Source: Eukaryota sp. GEM-RC1 (taxonomy: Eukaryota). From it: a stretch of DNA of 64,000 nt. Positions 25,800 through 39,797 of this stretch are shown here, in pieces. Positions within the stretch are counted from its first letter, which is position 1; every line of letters begins with the position of its first letter. The translations under genes were made by a program, and so were the position numbers. The stretch spans positions 1,364,001 through 1,428,000 of the forward strand of contig JAUFOQ010000001.1 in the NCBI GenBank assembly GCA_040285855.1, written 5' to 3'. Below the pieces are notes generated by a model. That model had not been told where the DNA came from. It searched no databases and saw only the letters and a list, made by a program, of their open reading frames with translations.

Positions 25800-28258
25800 T
25801 AGAAGCAATAGAGAAGGAGATAAGTAAATGATATCAAAACGGGAGACAAATGTTCTTATAGCATAAATACAAAAGAGCTTCTTTTCAAGGTCAACAGAAA
25901 TTAATTGGACATTGAGTAATCCAGCATTCCTACCATTTTCTTTCAATTTGTACAAAGAACGGGGTTTATGAGCAATCAGTGAAATAGATGCATTTGCAGA
26001 AGTTAATAACTAACAGACACTAACTAAAGTATCTAAACTACTATCATTCTATCCTTTACCGAACAACTTACCTAAAATTGAATTAAAAGATCTATGCATT
26101 GAACGAAACAACGCAGATGTTATCCTACTCAACCAAAAATTTTCATTGAAAACTTCTGTACATGGTCTTCACAAAATCTGCATTAGGTACCTTAATAAAA
26201 ACCTTGCGACACAAGTAAAGATCTGAATTTGTACCAACCGATAATCAACTACTCAGGCTAAGCTCAAACAACTGAAGCCTTGTCTGGTAAAAAACAACGT
26301 CTTTCGACATGAACCGTCACACCAAACTTGGACAGTGTTTAACTAAACGAGGGACACATCTAGATAAATGGAAAAAACAATCCCGGTTTCCCCATTGAGA
26401 CATTCTAGATGTATCAATTTGTTGGAATATACCCAATGATGAGTATTTTCTATGGTCTTTTGTAGAAGTAATGTAACTTGTTTCCTATTTGTTACTAGGT
26501 AAATCCTCGAGAACCAGCTGCAACACGAACACAACACTTTTGCTGTAGTGGAAGACAATTTAAAGGCCTTTGAGACAACTCACTCCAATCATGCTTAAAG
26601 AAGAGTTGCTGGTGATGACGATGAGAGATACTGGTCAACGAATGTTATTTAGTTGACTGTCTATAATTGGTCAACTTTTACTTTAAGTATTGATAATATT
26701 TAGAATATAATTACTCTTATATGTTGTCTGAACAAAAGCAACGAAAGATTATGTTCTAAACAAATATTTAAGTTCCTCTAAAATTCATTGGGCGTTTGGA
26801 CTGTGGACTCCATCAAGCCTTCTAACCATGTTCTGTGATTGAGGAACAGAATCAAAAGAATCTCAGTAGTCGCAAATTTTTCAACTGATTTATAGGAGAG
26901 TTCTGTTGTTAATCAGATACAATCACGCAGGTATATGGTCTATTGTTAAATGATCTTTAATGTAGCTGTGGAAACACAAGATAAGTCCATAGAATCATTG
27001 ATGACTCCTCAACATGTGAAACAAATTTTCCATGCGGTTGGTTGTTACCAAAGATCTCTAATGATGGCTAACGAACTTCTTTGATGTTTGATAAGTGTAT
27101 AACATTTCTGTTAACCAACACAGAACCTAAATTCCGCCTTTAACATTATTGTTGCAATAGTATGAAAACAAACTGTTTAAAGTAATCTTGTAGATTAAAA
27201 AATCGTAAACCTGAAAGTGCGTTATTGAGTTTTTAAATTAAACTGTTTACTTACTTTCTGGATTTTAGAACTGAATAAATACAGATAAACTGTACTTAAC
27301 AATATTTCCACATAATTCCTAGTTATGCTCTAATCCACAGTTGGATCTCGAACTTTGTTGTAGAATACACAACACGCAGTGTGGGAATTCGAGTGACACA
27401 TGACCATACGTATGACCATGTGTTGTGTTCCCGACTTTGTTTGTGATGCCTGTGAGAGTTGCCAAGTGTTAGAGTTTGATGTTTTAGACCGATAGAAGTA
27501 CAACTAACGAAATGATTCAGTACCCAAATTTCTAAGTTTGAAAGATTACAGAAAATACATCAATACAGATACGTTGTATTATATTTGTATATACGTGTAT
27601 TATCCAACTGTGCTGTCGACAAGAGAACAGAGAAAATGCTTTATCATCTAGATAACATGTCACAACCTGAAGATTCAGAACCAAGACATCTATCTGTGAC
27701 ATTTCCACATTCTTTTACACTCTGCTGTATGATTCGCCTTCTCTCCTTCCACAATCACTGCAAAAGACCATTTTCATAAAGTTTACTGTATCTTTATCAT
27801 GTAAAACTACGATTAACACTGATTCAAATTAGATACAACTTGATTGTAAAGTCATTAAAGTCCATCTGGCCAGATTTTCCTAAGTAGAGGTTGAAACTAG
27901 AAACTGTGTGACAAATTATCAAGTACTTCAGAACAAATTCATTTTTGCAGAAAAATAATTGTCCATCAACTACAAGAAACTTAACTTAAGAGAAAAAACT
28001 CCACTTTATTGATTATGATCATCTTGATCACTCTCAGTTTGAGAGTAGGAAAGATGCGAGTCTCAACTTCTTTGGTCAAGTTTTGTTTAACTCATGGAAT
28101 ACAAAAAGTAAAATTTTGTTATAATACAATAAAGAAAATGTTTTGTTCAGAGACCAACAGATATGACTGATAGACAATCTGTAAGTGGAAAAAACAATTA
28201 AAATAATAACTGTCATAAGCAAAAATGCGACTTGCAAACAATGACAATGTTGTCAACT

Positions 28259-30260
28259 TTAATCAACGATGTCAAGTTCATGATCACTATAAAATAACGA
28301 AGCAAATGGATAATATTTGTTTCTTTTTGTTAATTTAGGAAGAGATCCAGTAAGTTCAGTTGAAGAATTACCCACAGATCGAACCGTCAAAGTATAATCA
28401 ATAAGATTCACATTGATTTCAAGTAATTCCCCCTGCACTCCATTTGCCCTTGGTTCCTGACAAACAACCTTTAATACTACTTGGTGATTGGGCAACACAG
28501 TGAGCAGCCTCATAACTATTGACGTCGATAAAGAACTTTGACTTGTCAATGACGCCTACCCAAAGACAACCTTTACCTCGATACCTAAACTTCCAAGTAT
28601 AAGCATTTCCTGGGAGAAGTGGATCTGCTCCCAAGATATTTCTACTAAACATGTTATCTTTACGGTAGACAACTGTCTTCTGATCGTCACTGACTTGCAA
28701 GTTCCAATGTTTGTCACGTAGGGAAAACTTGATTAAGTTTGATTGATAAATAACGGAGACTGACGGTGCAATATCAGTTTGACTTAATCCTTCGGTTGAT
28801 GACGAGATTTGAGTGGTGGTTCTACTAGTGTTGTCTGGCACAACACTTGTATTTGAGGCTTTAAGTCGTGAATTTTCTATTTTCAAACTTTCAATTTCAG
28901 CCATTAGTTCAGAAATTGTTTTCTTCAAACGAGTGTTTTCTGTGGCAATCTCTGAATCTTGTTGAGGAAGAGTGTCAGAGTCAGTGTTTTCAGGAAATGG
29001 TGGAGCTGAGGGAAGTTTGGAATCAGAGTCATCATTAGGTACACTAGATTGTAGTTCCATTTCTAATTTGGAAACTCTCTTTTTTAAATTTTGGGAAAAC
29101 TCATGAGATTCTGATAATTCACGTTCTTTTTGAATAATTGCTGATTGAAGTGATAAAACTCTATCGGATAATTCTGAATTCTGTTTGGTCAAGTTTTCCA
29201 AATCGGTAGAAGATCGATCATTTGCTTGACTATTTGATTCAGTTTCATTAGAACCACAATCCTTTGGAAATTCTTCTGATAGTTTGTTCAATAATTTATA
29301 AATATTTTCTAGACTTGGTCTTTCATTCAAGTCCAAGTGGCAACAACTGGAAATTAGATCGGCAATAGATCTGTCAATATTTTGAGGAAATTTCAATGGC
29401 AAGGAACACATTTTGGCGCCAACAATTGCAGCAACATCATAACCTTCGAAAAGAATTTCATTACAAAACAATTCATAAAGCATCAGACCAAGGCTGTAGA
29501 TATCAGATTTGAGAGACTTTGTATTAGACAAAGCTTCAGGAGCTACATATTTCAAAGTAAAATTCAGTTGATTAGTTCTGTGAGTAGTTGTTTCAGAAAG
29601 AACTTTCGAAGTCCCAAAGTCACTCAATCTAGCAGCACCTCCTACAATCAACACGTTTTCCGGTTTAAGATCGCCATGTAGAATGTTGTGGGAATGTAAA
29701 TGTAGAAGTGCTTCTACGATCTGTTTAGCATAGGTTAAGGAGAGAAGTGAAACTGAGGAAGGTACAGTAAGGGAAGCGGACGCCTTTTCCATGACAATCC
29801 CAAGTTGATTCTCGGGTAACCAAACAAGGCCAAAGACACGCAGAACACACGGATGGTTGAGATTAAACATCGTCAGCAGTTCTTTACGGAGTCTAACTCT
29901 GTCTTTTTCTGACTTACAGAGAACGACCTTTATGGCAACCGCTGCATTGCTCCATGTCCCATGATAAACACGAGAGGAACCACCAACGCCAAGAGGTTTA
30001 GTGAAATCGACCTGGAGTTCGTTTTCAGATATTTCGCAAAGAAACTCCCCGGTTTTAGAGGAGGTGACAACACCCAGCAACCCAAGATTAGTTACAGGCT
30101 CGGAGAGTTTTGGGCTCCGGCAGAAGGGACAAGTGGACACTGAGGAAGCACATATTAAACACGAAGTATGTTGATTCTTGCAGATGACAGTAGGTAATCG
30201 ATCCTTACCATTAAAGGACTCCTCACAGATTTTACACTGCAGAATGTTGGCCAAAGACAT
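28259..30260 (-). CDS. RING finger-protein kinase (TKL-like)-coiled-coil-SPRY protein (one frameshift)
   Basis: CKIC..CKNQHTSCLIC..CPFC RING; GVGGSS, VAIK, HGDLKPEN, DFG and APE kinase motifs; SPRY homologous to the BTB family. Removing one base from the 5-base run at 28429-28433 restores GELLEINVNL. Confidence 0.85.
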
Positions 30261-30429
30261 AATCAGAATGAAGCAAAAGTAGAATGTGTCTGTGTGATTA
30301 AACCACACTATTAATAGTAGATTATAAAATAGTAACCAAACTGAATCATTGTTCAGTGTAGAATGCAGTCATAGGGTGTAGGTACTGCATCTGATATGGT
30401 CGTCTACTAGTTTTGGTCCCCACTATTAT

Positions 30430-30577
30430 CCCCTTACTACTGAAGAAATTGGTTGTTTAACGGAACTGGTACATTCTAACAATATCAATGAGCTAACTCT
30501 CGATGACTGTTTGTTCAGTGATGATTCGATCAGACCTTTGGCAAAATTAACCAGATTCAGTTACTCAAAGACTTCTT
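30430..30577 (+). pseudogene. Internal fragment of LRR-family gene
   Basis: CTACTGAAGAAATTGGTTGTTTAA...GAGCTAACTCTCGA...TTCAGTGATGA matches ~45055-45200. Confidence 0.75.
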
Positions 30578-31619
30578 TCTTTTGGGACGGTTGGTATTTC
30601 ATATTTTACACTATTCATAGACGATTCGTGTGCAAATATATTGCAATAGTTGTTAATGCATAAGATTTTGTATATTCTGTGTGTGTATTTAATTCATTCT
30701 TAATGTGATATAATTCTGAATAAAATCTCACCAATTCAAATTCCAATTATTTGCCAATATTTATGTTTCTCAACGATACATTGAGGAGATTTGATTTACA
30801 GAATTTTATTTATGGCGTAATACCCAATCGTTTCACGTCAATTAAGTCCTTAGATATGAACTGCTCAGTAACTGGTTTTGGTTCTAGTGTTACTACAAAA
30901 TTAAAAGAGCAGAATCTAAAATGGGTGATTGATGCTCCCTCATCGTTTGCTGGCCCATTCCATAGACAATTTTTTTGTAAGGAAAACATGCCCAGTAAGT
31001 AAGATAAATGTAAAATACGCATCATCATTCTTCTAGACTCGAATGGAAAACTTTTCAATCGTTCTTGCTTCTTCCACTGTATGAGCCCTTTTGATTGACA
31101 AAAGGGCTCATAGTAGTCGTTGTTAAATGCCGTGTGAACTAAAGATGACACAGTTGTTGATTCCTGGCCTTTCTTTCTATCACATGACGCTAGTGTCCTT
31201 TTCTGAACTTTGATGTTTGTTCTAAACTGGTTTTTGTACTTTGAATAAATAATTACAAAAATTCTACAAGTTGGGTTGTAACCAAAACTGGCAAGTCAAG
31301 TATTACATGACCTAATTGAAGACAAACTGTTCCATATCCGTTACACTATCAACTATTATTCAACGCGTTTTCCATTAATATATCTGTAGAAAAGTATCTG
31401 ATCGATGTGTTGATCAAATTTGATTTAGATAAGTTGTAGAACATTTATTGGTTGCTTTCGGATCGGTTCCTTAGATAAGAACTGACTATGTATCTGATTT
31501 GGGTTCGACTGTTACTGTCAAATTCAGAAACAGATCCTACTAAAAAGAACCCCATCGTGATTTGCTGTAAGATGAAGAGTCCTTGGCACAAACAATTTAA
31601 TCCACAAGATCAACTGCAG

Positions 31620-32000
31620 CTGGACATGTTAACGAGCTCCTTGTACTTCAAACTGTTGATGATTTGCAGCAACAATTTGAAAAGCCGCAGTCACATTGGG
31701 ACCATAGTTTTCCCACGAATTATTTTTTCATTCACCAAATACATTCATTGCTATTATAATCAATCCTTTGATCGATCTGACATAAGGGAAATGTGATCAG
31801 TTAAATCTCTCAAGACATTTCTGAGAAGCTGACAAGACCATGTCCAATTGGCTTCGGTTTATCCACTCACAACAACACAACATATTGGAAGAATGTAATC
31901 AAATCAAATCTTGACATATCGTAGTCAACAACACTTTCTTATATTTACCATACGGGTGACGGGCATCTTTCTTCTGGCATCTTTAAGCATTTTGACAGTT
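31620..32000 (-). mobile_element. MULE transposase core remnant
   Basis: DARHPYGKYKKVLLTTICQD...PICVVVSG*TEANWTW resembles the MULE domain motif. Confidence 0.55.
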
Positions 32001-32489
32001 CAGCGTAAGAAACTACAAAAGTTCTAATGATATACGCAATTGTATGTAAGTTCTGTTGCATAGATCATCACCACCAGAACATCATATGCATCAATCTTTT
32101 TCCTTGTTAATAAGCAGCTTTGGCGTTCAGAAACATTTTGTCATGCATCCGAAGATACATAGACTATGGCGGCTTACATGTATCTGTTTTTTGAAGAGTC
32201 TCAAGCTAAGACTGTAACATTTTTCCTTGTCGATCAAAGTACTGTTTCTCGTTCGGTCAGTCCGTTCTTTTCAAACGTATCAGCACTATCGTCTGTGACT
32301 GATAACTGACCTGAATCCGACGTCCAAGGTTCTGAAAAACTACACGAGTTTATTCTCAGAACCATTCAACAAGACACTTTGTTGTTTCTTCCAAGAAATC
32401 ACACGTCTTGTTCGTTCTTTTTAAAATTTAAATTTGGGAAATCGAGTATATATGACATTTGTCTTTAAATTATGGGAAAAGTACATGTA

Positions 32490-33520
32490 TAACCCCTCTG
32501 ACAAAATTTCAGAACATTTCTACCCCCAAAGATTTCTCTAAGAGAGAAATTCTCATTAAACAAACCTACCCCTTCGCCAAATGAATCCCTATCACTTACC
32601 TACTTTTGAAGTAAACACTTCCGCAAATGCAGCACAAATAAAAGAACTTATACGTATTCATTGCTTGCAAGAAAACGCTCCTTATAAGTTGGTGAAAGCT
32701 GAACATAAACAGATCAAAGCTAACATGCAAAAATCAATCATGTGCCTTTATGTGTTATGCGTCTCGTCCCCAAAAAAGTAGTGTCGGAACTCCTTATATC
32801 ATAAGAAAATTGATAACCCATACATACCAGAACCACTTAATTACTACTATGATCGAAGGTCCTGCTTCAACAGAATATCTTGCTTCTTTAACATTGATAC
32901 GTAGAAAATTACTTCACAACTCGAACATCAGTGCTAGTTCTTTAACGATTCACTTAAAGCACGTGCCAAACATCCAAGTAGGCCAGAACATTGTGTCATC
33001 AGTTGATAGTTACTACCAAGTAGAGAACTACAATAGAATGTACAACGAAGGAATGCTTTCTGTGTGTCGAACAATGGAGGTGGAAGAATCTGACATTACA
33101 CCACCAAAAGTAGTGGTTGGATGAGGAAGACCAAAAACAAAAGGTTTATAGCAGGTGAACAACAAGGGAAGAAACAGGTAAAACCCGCAATTAAAATGAC
33201 TTCTAATGCTTTAGAAGCAGATGTCTTCCAAAACGTGTGCTTCTATGACGGTGTTGATACTAGTGATGGTGACCGCGAATGGAATGACAGTGAATAAACC
33301 TCAACAGAAGGGTGATGAGTTATCTGGAGAAAGTGATTGTGAAGATGTTGAAGTAGCTATGTAGACAGTGTGTCAAAAGCTCCCCTTAGTATTCTAATTA
33401 TGTATACAATATAAAAGAGTGTCGAAAGGAAAAGATGTGAAAAACGAATAGGGGTAGAGAAAAACCCCAAATTTCGAAGAGTGGTAGAAATATACTAAAC
33501 TGATGTCAGAGGGGTATTTT
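32490..33520 (+). mobile_element. Internally deleted MULE with degenerate TIRs
   Basis: MuDR-like N-terminus (IKELIRIHCLQENAPYKLVKAE) and C-terminal TPPKVVVG*GRPK. Inverted similarity ACCCCTCTGACA...ATTTCTACC near 32490-32525 versus ~33480-33520. Confidence 0.5.
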
Positions 33521-35057
33521 TGTGCCCAAACTCTTAAATTATTCACGCAAGAACTTGGACTCTGAAAGTGATAGAAGAAATGAGAAAAAAACAAGTGTCT
33601 ATGAGAAATATAAAGAGTTCCGGGTAGTAAAAATTTCTTTTCTACTCAAAAGAATCACTTAAGGACATGTTGTTAAAACACGGAATAGAAACAACAAATA
33701 AAGGAGAAGTTATTCCCTAAATCAACCCACATCAAATAATAACAATATCCATGTTACTACTGAAAAGAGTGAATTTGTTTGCTAAGTTGAATCGGTTTAG
33801 GTTTTTGTGCAGTGTTAATAAGTTCTATGTGGTTTTTCTAATCGTTTGTATTCAAACATTTCAGTATCATCCACAGATTAACGAAGATTGGTTTCGTTAA
33901 ATCTTGAACAATCACATGATTTTCCATCATTAATTGATTGGTGTGATCGTAAGCAGAACAATGAGAGATACTCTTATGGAGAAGAACAAACGACTAACAG
34001 AGAGATCATAACAGTGAGAAACAAACATTTAGAGAGGAAAATCAAGAAGAGAGTACATATCATGAGTTGGTCTTCAGTTTATTAAAAGGACAATCCTATA
34101 AGAGACACGAAAGAAAAAGTGACGGGTAGCTTTTGATTGAAAGATATAGCAACAAAGCACATCCCCCTTCAATCACCTTTAGTTATGGGAGCAGCTATAT
34201 CGTAGGTATTTAGCTAAGAATTTAGCTGCTCAAGTCCCCCTCCGAATTAAGTTGATAGTATAACACTCTAAGCGTTGAAGCGAAGTAAGAAGTAATGAAA
34301 GAAGAGTGCGAGGGGGGTCTCTTTTCCAAGAGTTTGGGTAAATGAAAATGATTCTTAACACTTGGTAACTCACTTGTTAGGACTCGGAAAATTACTGTTT
34401 TCCATTAAAGGGCAGCTTGATCCGAATACATATATGGCCCACTGTACGAATTGATTTTTAATTTACGTGTACCGTATCCTACGGTACGTACGGTAGACGT
34501 ACCGGTAATGTACTTTTGACCGACTAAAATTCATAAATACTTTTTTGAACGTGGTAATCCAATGTGAGATTGTAACAGTTACCATCGACATAGATTCGAC
34601 CATTAAACATAGATCATGATATCAATATCGTGATTGTCACACTTGTTCAATTAGGGTACATCATTTGCTGATCACAACTGTCCGAAAATGACAATGATAT
34701 ACACGAAACCCAGGAATCGCATGAAACCAACAATAGTAGAGTCTTCGACTCACAATGCTCTAACGAGTGACTGATACGAGGTATAGTATTGATAAATGGT
34801 CCAAAAAAACCAACAGCTTTAGTCTCAGTTGTTTTGAAATCATTAATAGCCAATAAAGACAATCTTCTACCCAACGACCAACAATAATGATGGTTGAATG
34901 AGAAAATATAACGATACCCATAATTGAATAGTTTTAATAAATGTACAAAAGTCAACTTTCAGTAGTTGATGTCTTTTACTCGAATTAGCTTCAGAATTCA
35001 GATAAAAATTTGAATCATTGCTTTAAATGAGGAGACTTACCCACAATAACAATGTAA

Positions 35058-36558
35058 TCAAATTGATTCAACGATTTCCAGTACATGATCACTATACCAT
35101 AATGATGCAAATGGATAATAATAACCACTACTTAATCTGGGAAGAGTTCCAGTAAGATTAATTGAAGAATTACTCAAAGATTTGATTGTTAAAGTGTAAT
35201 TAATTAGATTTACATTGATTTCGAGTAATTCACCAGGATTCCACTTGGTCTTGTTTCCTGAGAGACAGCCATAAATGGTACCACCATTGGAACGACAGTG
35301 AGCACTCTTATCGGACCTACCTCCAACAGTAAACTTTGACTGGTCAATGACTCCAATAAAAAGACCATCTCTCCCTTGGTACCTCAACTTCCAAGTATAA
35401 ACATTACCTGGAAGAAGTGGATCTTCTCCCAAGATATTTCTATCCCCAAAACCACCACTTCCAACAACAACTCTCTTTCTATCTTCACTAACATGTAACT
35501 GAGAATGTTTCCTAGTTTGAGAGAATCTAATCACTTTTGATTGAGGAACTGATTGAGACATCACTTGAGTTTCTGTAGCTGTCTTTTTTAATTGTTCTAT
35601 TTCTTGTTTCCAATTGAGAAATTTCGTTAAGTGCGGTGACGTTTGTAGCAGATAAACTCTGAAGATCAGTTGTCAATTCAGAATTTTTCGTTGTTAATTC
35701 AGAATTAAGTATATTTAACTCAGAATTGGTACTTTCTACATCAGTAATTTTGGTAGTTAATTCAGATACGTTGGCTGTTAATTCAGAATTTTCTTTCACC
35801 AACGAATCAAAATATAGATTCTTAACTCTTGTAAACAAAAACTTCAACAAATCGGCTTCCAATTCTTCAACATCTTTTAAAGGAACAAACAGAAACTCAT
35901 CCCATTGTTGAAAAGAAAAGGCTTCAATTGAACAAGAATTTAGAAGATTTAAAAACTGGTTCAAATCGAAACTTTGATTCAAAATTGATTCCACCATTGA
36001 TTTGATGAACCACGATTGTGGTTGAGTGAAAGTGCAATATTTTACAAGCGTTTTAAACCCTTCAGTAGTGATTTCCATCACGTCATCAATCAACAGGTCA
36101 TCAATCTTGGAAAACAAAGGACCAGCGAATTCCAGAGCTCTCAAGTCATTTCTTTCATCTGCTTCTTTAATGAATGGTTTTAACCAAGCCCAGGATTCGA
36201 GATGAGTGTTGAGGTGGTTTTCAACGTGGTGAATGAGTTTGTCCACTTGGAAGTAGTGGACGAGGTAAAAGAATTCATACACATTGCTCTCGTTGAGGGT
36301 GAAAGATCGTTCATAGAAGGACTTGATGAAGAGAAGGAAGTTGTCAGAACTCACGGGAAGATGGGAGAAGTCGATGGGATTCTCGAGCTTGTCTCCAAAC
36401 TCCAAGAACCAGAGGGATCGGAAGTAGGTGGAATGAGCTGCTAGTACGAACTTATTAACATGAATGGATTCTTCCCCAAATGTAATGGTTTGGTTGGAGA
36501 GGAAGGGTTCATCAAGAATGATCGAAAGAGTTTCTATTGAGGGTAGAGAAAATGACAT
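35058..36558 (-). CDS. BTB-coiled-coil-SPRY copy E (single +1 frameshift near 35610; pseudogene or assembly error)
   Basis: ORFs 35527-36558 and 35058-35564 join as QLKQEIEQLKK if one base is removed. Confidence 0.8.
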
Positions 36559-36627
36559 AAGAATTGAGGTGAAAGATCAGTTAAGAGAATTGGCAAAATT
36601 TGCTCCTAAACTTGTTACAGATGGTAC

Positions 36628-37069
36628 CAGTGTTCGAAAACACACGTGTCATTCAGAAAACGAACGTGTGAAACCAGGCTTGTAAAAAACGTTGCTCAAA
36701 AATAAAAAACGACCTTTTTTATCCTTTTTTACGTTTTTTTTTCGAATTAAATAAAAAACGTTCAAAAAGGGCGGATCAACTTTTTCAACATTTCACTTTT
36801 TTGTCACCAACAAATACTCTTGTGTTGTTTCAGTCTTTCTTGGTCAGAAACAACACACATGACATAAGACCTATCACATTAAGACAAAAATGGAGTAGAA
36901 AGTCGTGCTTTTTGTGTCAATTCAGGATATAAAAAACGTTGACAAGAATAAAAAACGTCGTTTTTTTCAAAATACGTTTTAAACGTTTTTTATCAAGTGA
37001 CAAGCCTGTGTGAAACACGTTTCCGAACCGCACACGTATCCGAACGTGTCCGACACATTTCGAACACTG
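36628..37069. mobile_element. hAT-type MITE (outer)
   Basis: TIRs CAGTGTTCGAAA / TTTCGAACACTG; 8-bp TSD GATGGTAC / GTTGGTAC (7 of 8 match). Confidence 0.8.
36675..37008. mobile_element. hAT-type MITE (inner, nested)
   Basis: TIRs CAGGCTTGT / ACAAGCCTG; perfect 8-bp TSD TGTGAAAC at 36667-36674 and 37009-37016; AAAAAACG subterminal repeats. Confidence 0.88.
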
Positions 37070-39797
37070 GTTGGTACAAACGATAACTTCAATACTTGCT
37101 GGCATCTGTAACTGTTCCGTGTCAAGACTATTTAAGCCGTACCGCTTATGTACAGGTCTAAGAATCCGAGCTTTTTGTATTGTATTGTGTTGAACTTTTG
37201 CAAATTCCAACAACTGATAATTGTATTACTCATCAATATTCAGATACTACGGACAACAATGTAATAGTACAGTATCAAATGTCTTTATTATTCTGACAAA
37301 ATGATCCATTAAACAATAATTGATACTGTATTGCACTCTATTCTGACATCGTCATACTCTTAACTCTGTTTTCTACTTTGTATATGATGCATTTGCTTGT
37401 CCGTATTAGATTGTTGAACAATGACCCACTCTACTGAATAATTCTTACATTCGATAGGTGTGAAGATTGTCTTACACTCATTCAATTAGAAGCAGTCCAA
37501 TCCATTTTGATATTGTTATGCTACAAAGAAGATGCTTAAAAAAATCCAGCATGATCTCGATTTGTCATGGTAAATATACAGCAGAATGCTATGTGGAATA
37601 ACCGAATTTATATATTTTCGATAAAAAGCTTGTCAAAATCATGTAGTGTTCAACTGAAACATTCCATCCATAGATTTTCTGTCGCAGGAATGCATCAGTT
37701 GACTAGTTTTGGAAACACAATTTAGTATAAGACATCACAAAAATGTCAAAGTCAATCATCATTCTGAATGGCTTCTGAATGACGCAGATGGCAAGTTGTC
37801 CCTACAATGATCAACCTTGAAGTAGGGATCACAATTCTGACTGGATGATTAGTTCTTAGAGTAAATTCAATTCTTTGTATTACAAACAATGACTTTAATT
37901 CGTTGTATTGCACTGTGCCATTCATACACCTGACTACTAGTACCCCTGCAATGTATAATTGTGTGTGTCTGTCAATAAATAATCCATAATAATGTAATAA
38001 CATCAATTGTTGAAAGATATTTTGTCCCATAATTTATCACACCATTTGTGTATCAGACTCATTGTGTATCACACGATGTACTGCAGTACATTAGAAATTA
38101 AAGAAGCATTATCCAATAGTGCCAATTTGACAAGTGGTAGCACAGAACAGCAATGTAAAAATATCTTATTGTTATCTTATTGTTTGTCTGGCATTCAACA
38201 ATAAATTAATTGTCTGGGTTGATATCGTATCTTATTTATTGGTTATCTTGAGTCAAAACAATAAATATATCTTCAATGACGACGTAACAAATCCCTAAAA
38301 ACACGAATTTGATCAAATTTATCAACTCTTGCCTGATTTGATTGAGGTGTGAGGATACTTTATGAAAATTTCCCAATAGAAGATTGATCTCTACAGATCA
38401 ACATTGTACAACAAGAAAAGTTGCTTTCCTAACGCTTTTTGAGCTCAGAATTGGTTTAGTGTTTCCAAACCTCGTTATTAGCTCTACTCAAAGGCATCAA
38501 CATTATTCCTAGTTGCATGTATCTAACTTAAATCTATGTATCAAATCTTGATTAGTTCGAAGCTGTTTATGTTTGTTCAATATTTTATTTAAACCGTGAC
38601 TGCATGGTTCTTTGTTACCTTGGAGTTCAAATGCTAGAATACAATTCTACTTTATTCCAAATTGACATCAAGATAAAATCAGGTTACAGAAAGAAAAAGA
38701 ATGTTCTGGACTTATCTTATCTTATTGAAATATCGTAAATTGTTGAACGCGATGTCACAGTAAGACAACAATAAATATATTTATTGATTTTACATTCCTG
38801 GTACATAACAGTTTTTTAAAATACATTTAGATCATTCATAAAGCCCTCTTAATTTTACATGATACACATCACGACGAGTAAAATAAGTCGTTAGGTACCA
38901 GAGATTTGCGCGTTTTGGTGTAGAGTTACTACAAACAACAATGAATACAATACATATGTTTACTTCAATATCTTGTATTGTTTGATGTCCTCCAAGTAAA
39001 GTTATCCCCAGCAATCCGTATATGAATAGGACATAACAGGTAGTGTAGTTAACATGATGAGAATGTATACTAACTGTTCATTAATGAAAAGTACACCATG
39101 AACTGTTAATCAAACAGTGATAACTGTTCCAGATATATTTTAGAAAAAATAATAACACATGCGTAAATTTCAACTGCAAAAATGAATTATTACATAATAA
39201 TTCAGAAAGTGTAATAAGTTAAATGCTACACATCAACACGAGAACTATCTCTAAACGACTTGGAATAAATAGAACTCAAACTGGTATACTTCTGTGAAGC
39301 GCAAACACAACTTAATTAATCCATCCAAAACCATTAAAGACCTTTCAGTTAGAACCGCATAAAATATTAAAATCACTAAGTAATTTCAAACATGTTCATA
39401 ATGTGGTGTGTTTATTTGAAACCTGAACACAACACTTCATTCTGAAACTTCCTTCCATATCAATGCTTACTTAAACGTAATACAATGACCCAAAAAATTG
39501 GTGAGATTCTTAAACAAATGCTGAATAACCGTCATTTAGTGCTGTCAACTATATTGTTAAACTTCAACTGAGATTTAGTGCAGCGATGTAAGAATATTAA
39601 TTTCGAACAAATCAGTTTGAGAACCGTGATTTACAATTTTGATTGCTACCAAAATAGACCTAATAGTTCATCGGACTTGAGGACCGTATGAAATTTTTTG
39701 TATGCATATCATTGTCACAAATATCTACAAGGAACTATCCTAAAATGTGTTTGGTTTATTGGTCAATAACTACGGTACATCAAATCTCCACTACTCA

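Noticed and set aside
34186..34235. Stem-loop GAGCAGCTA...TAGCTGCTC as a structured RNA
   Set aside because: Only a 9-bp stem, with no second copy or recognisable RNA family features.
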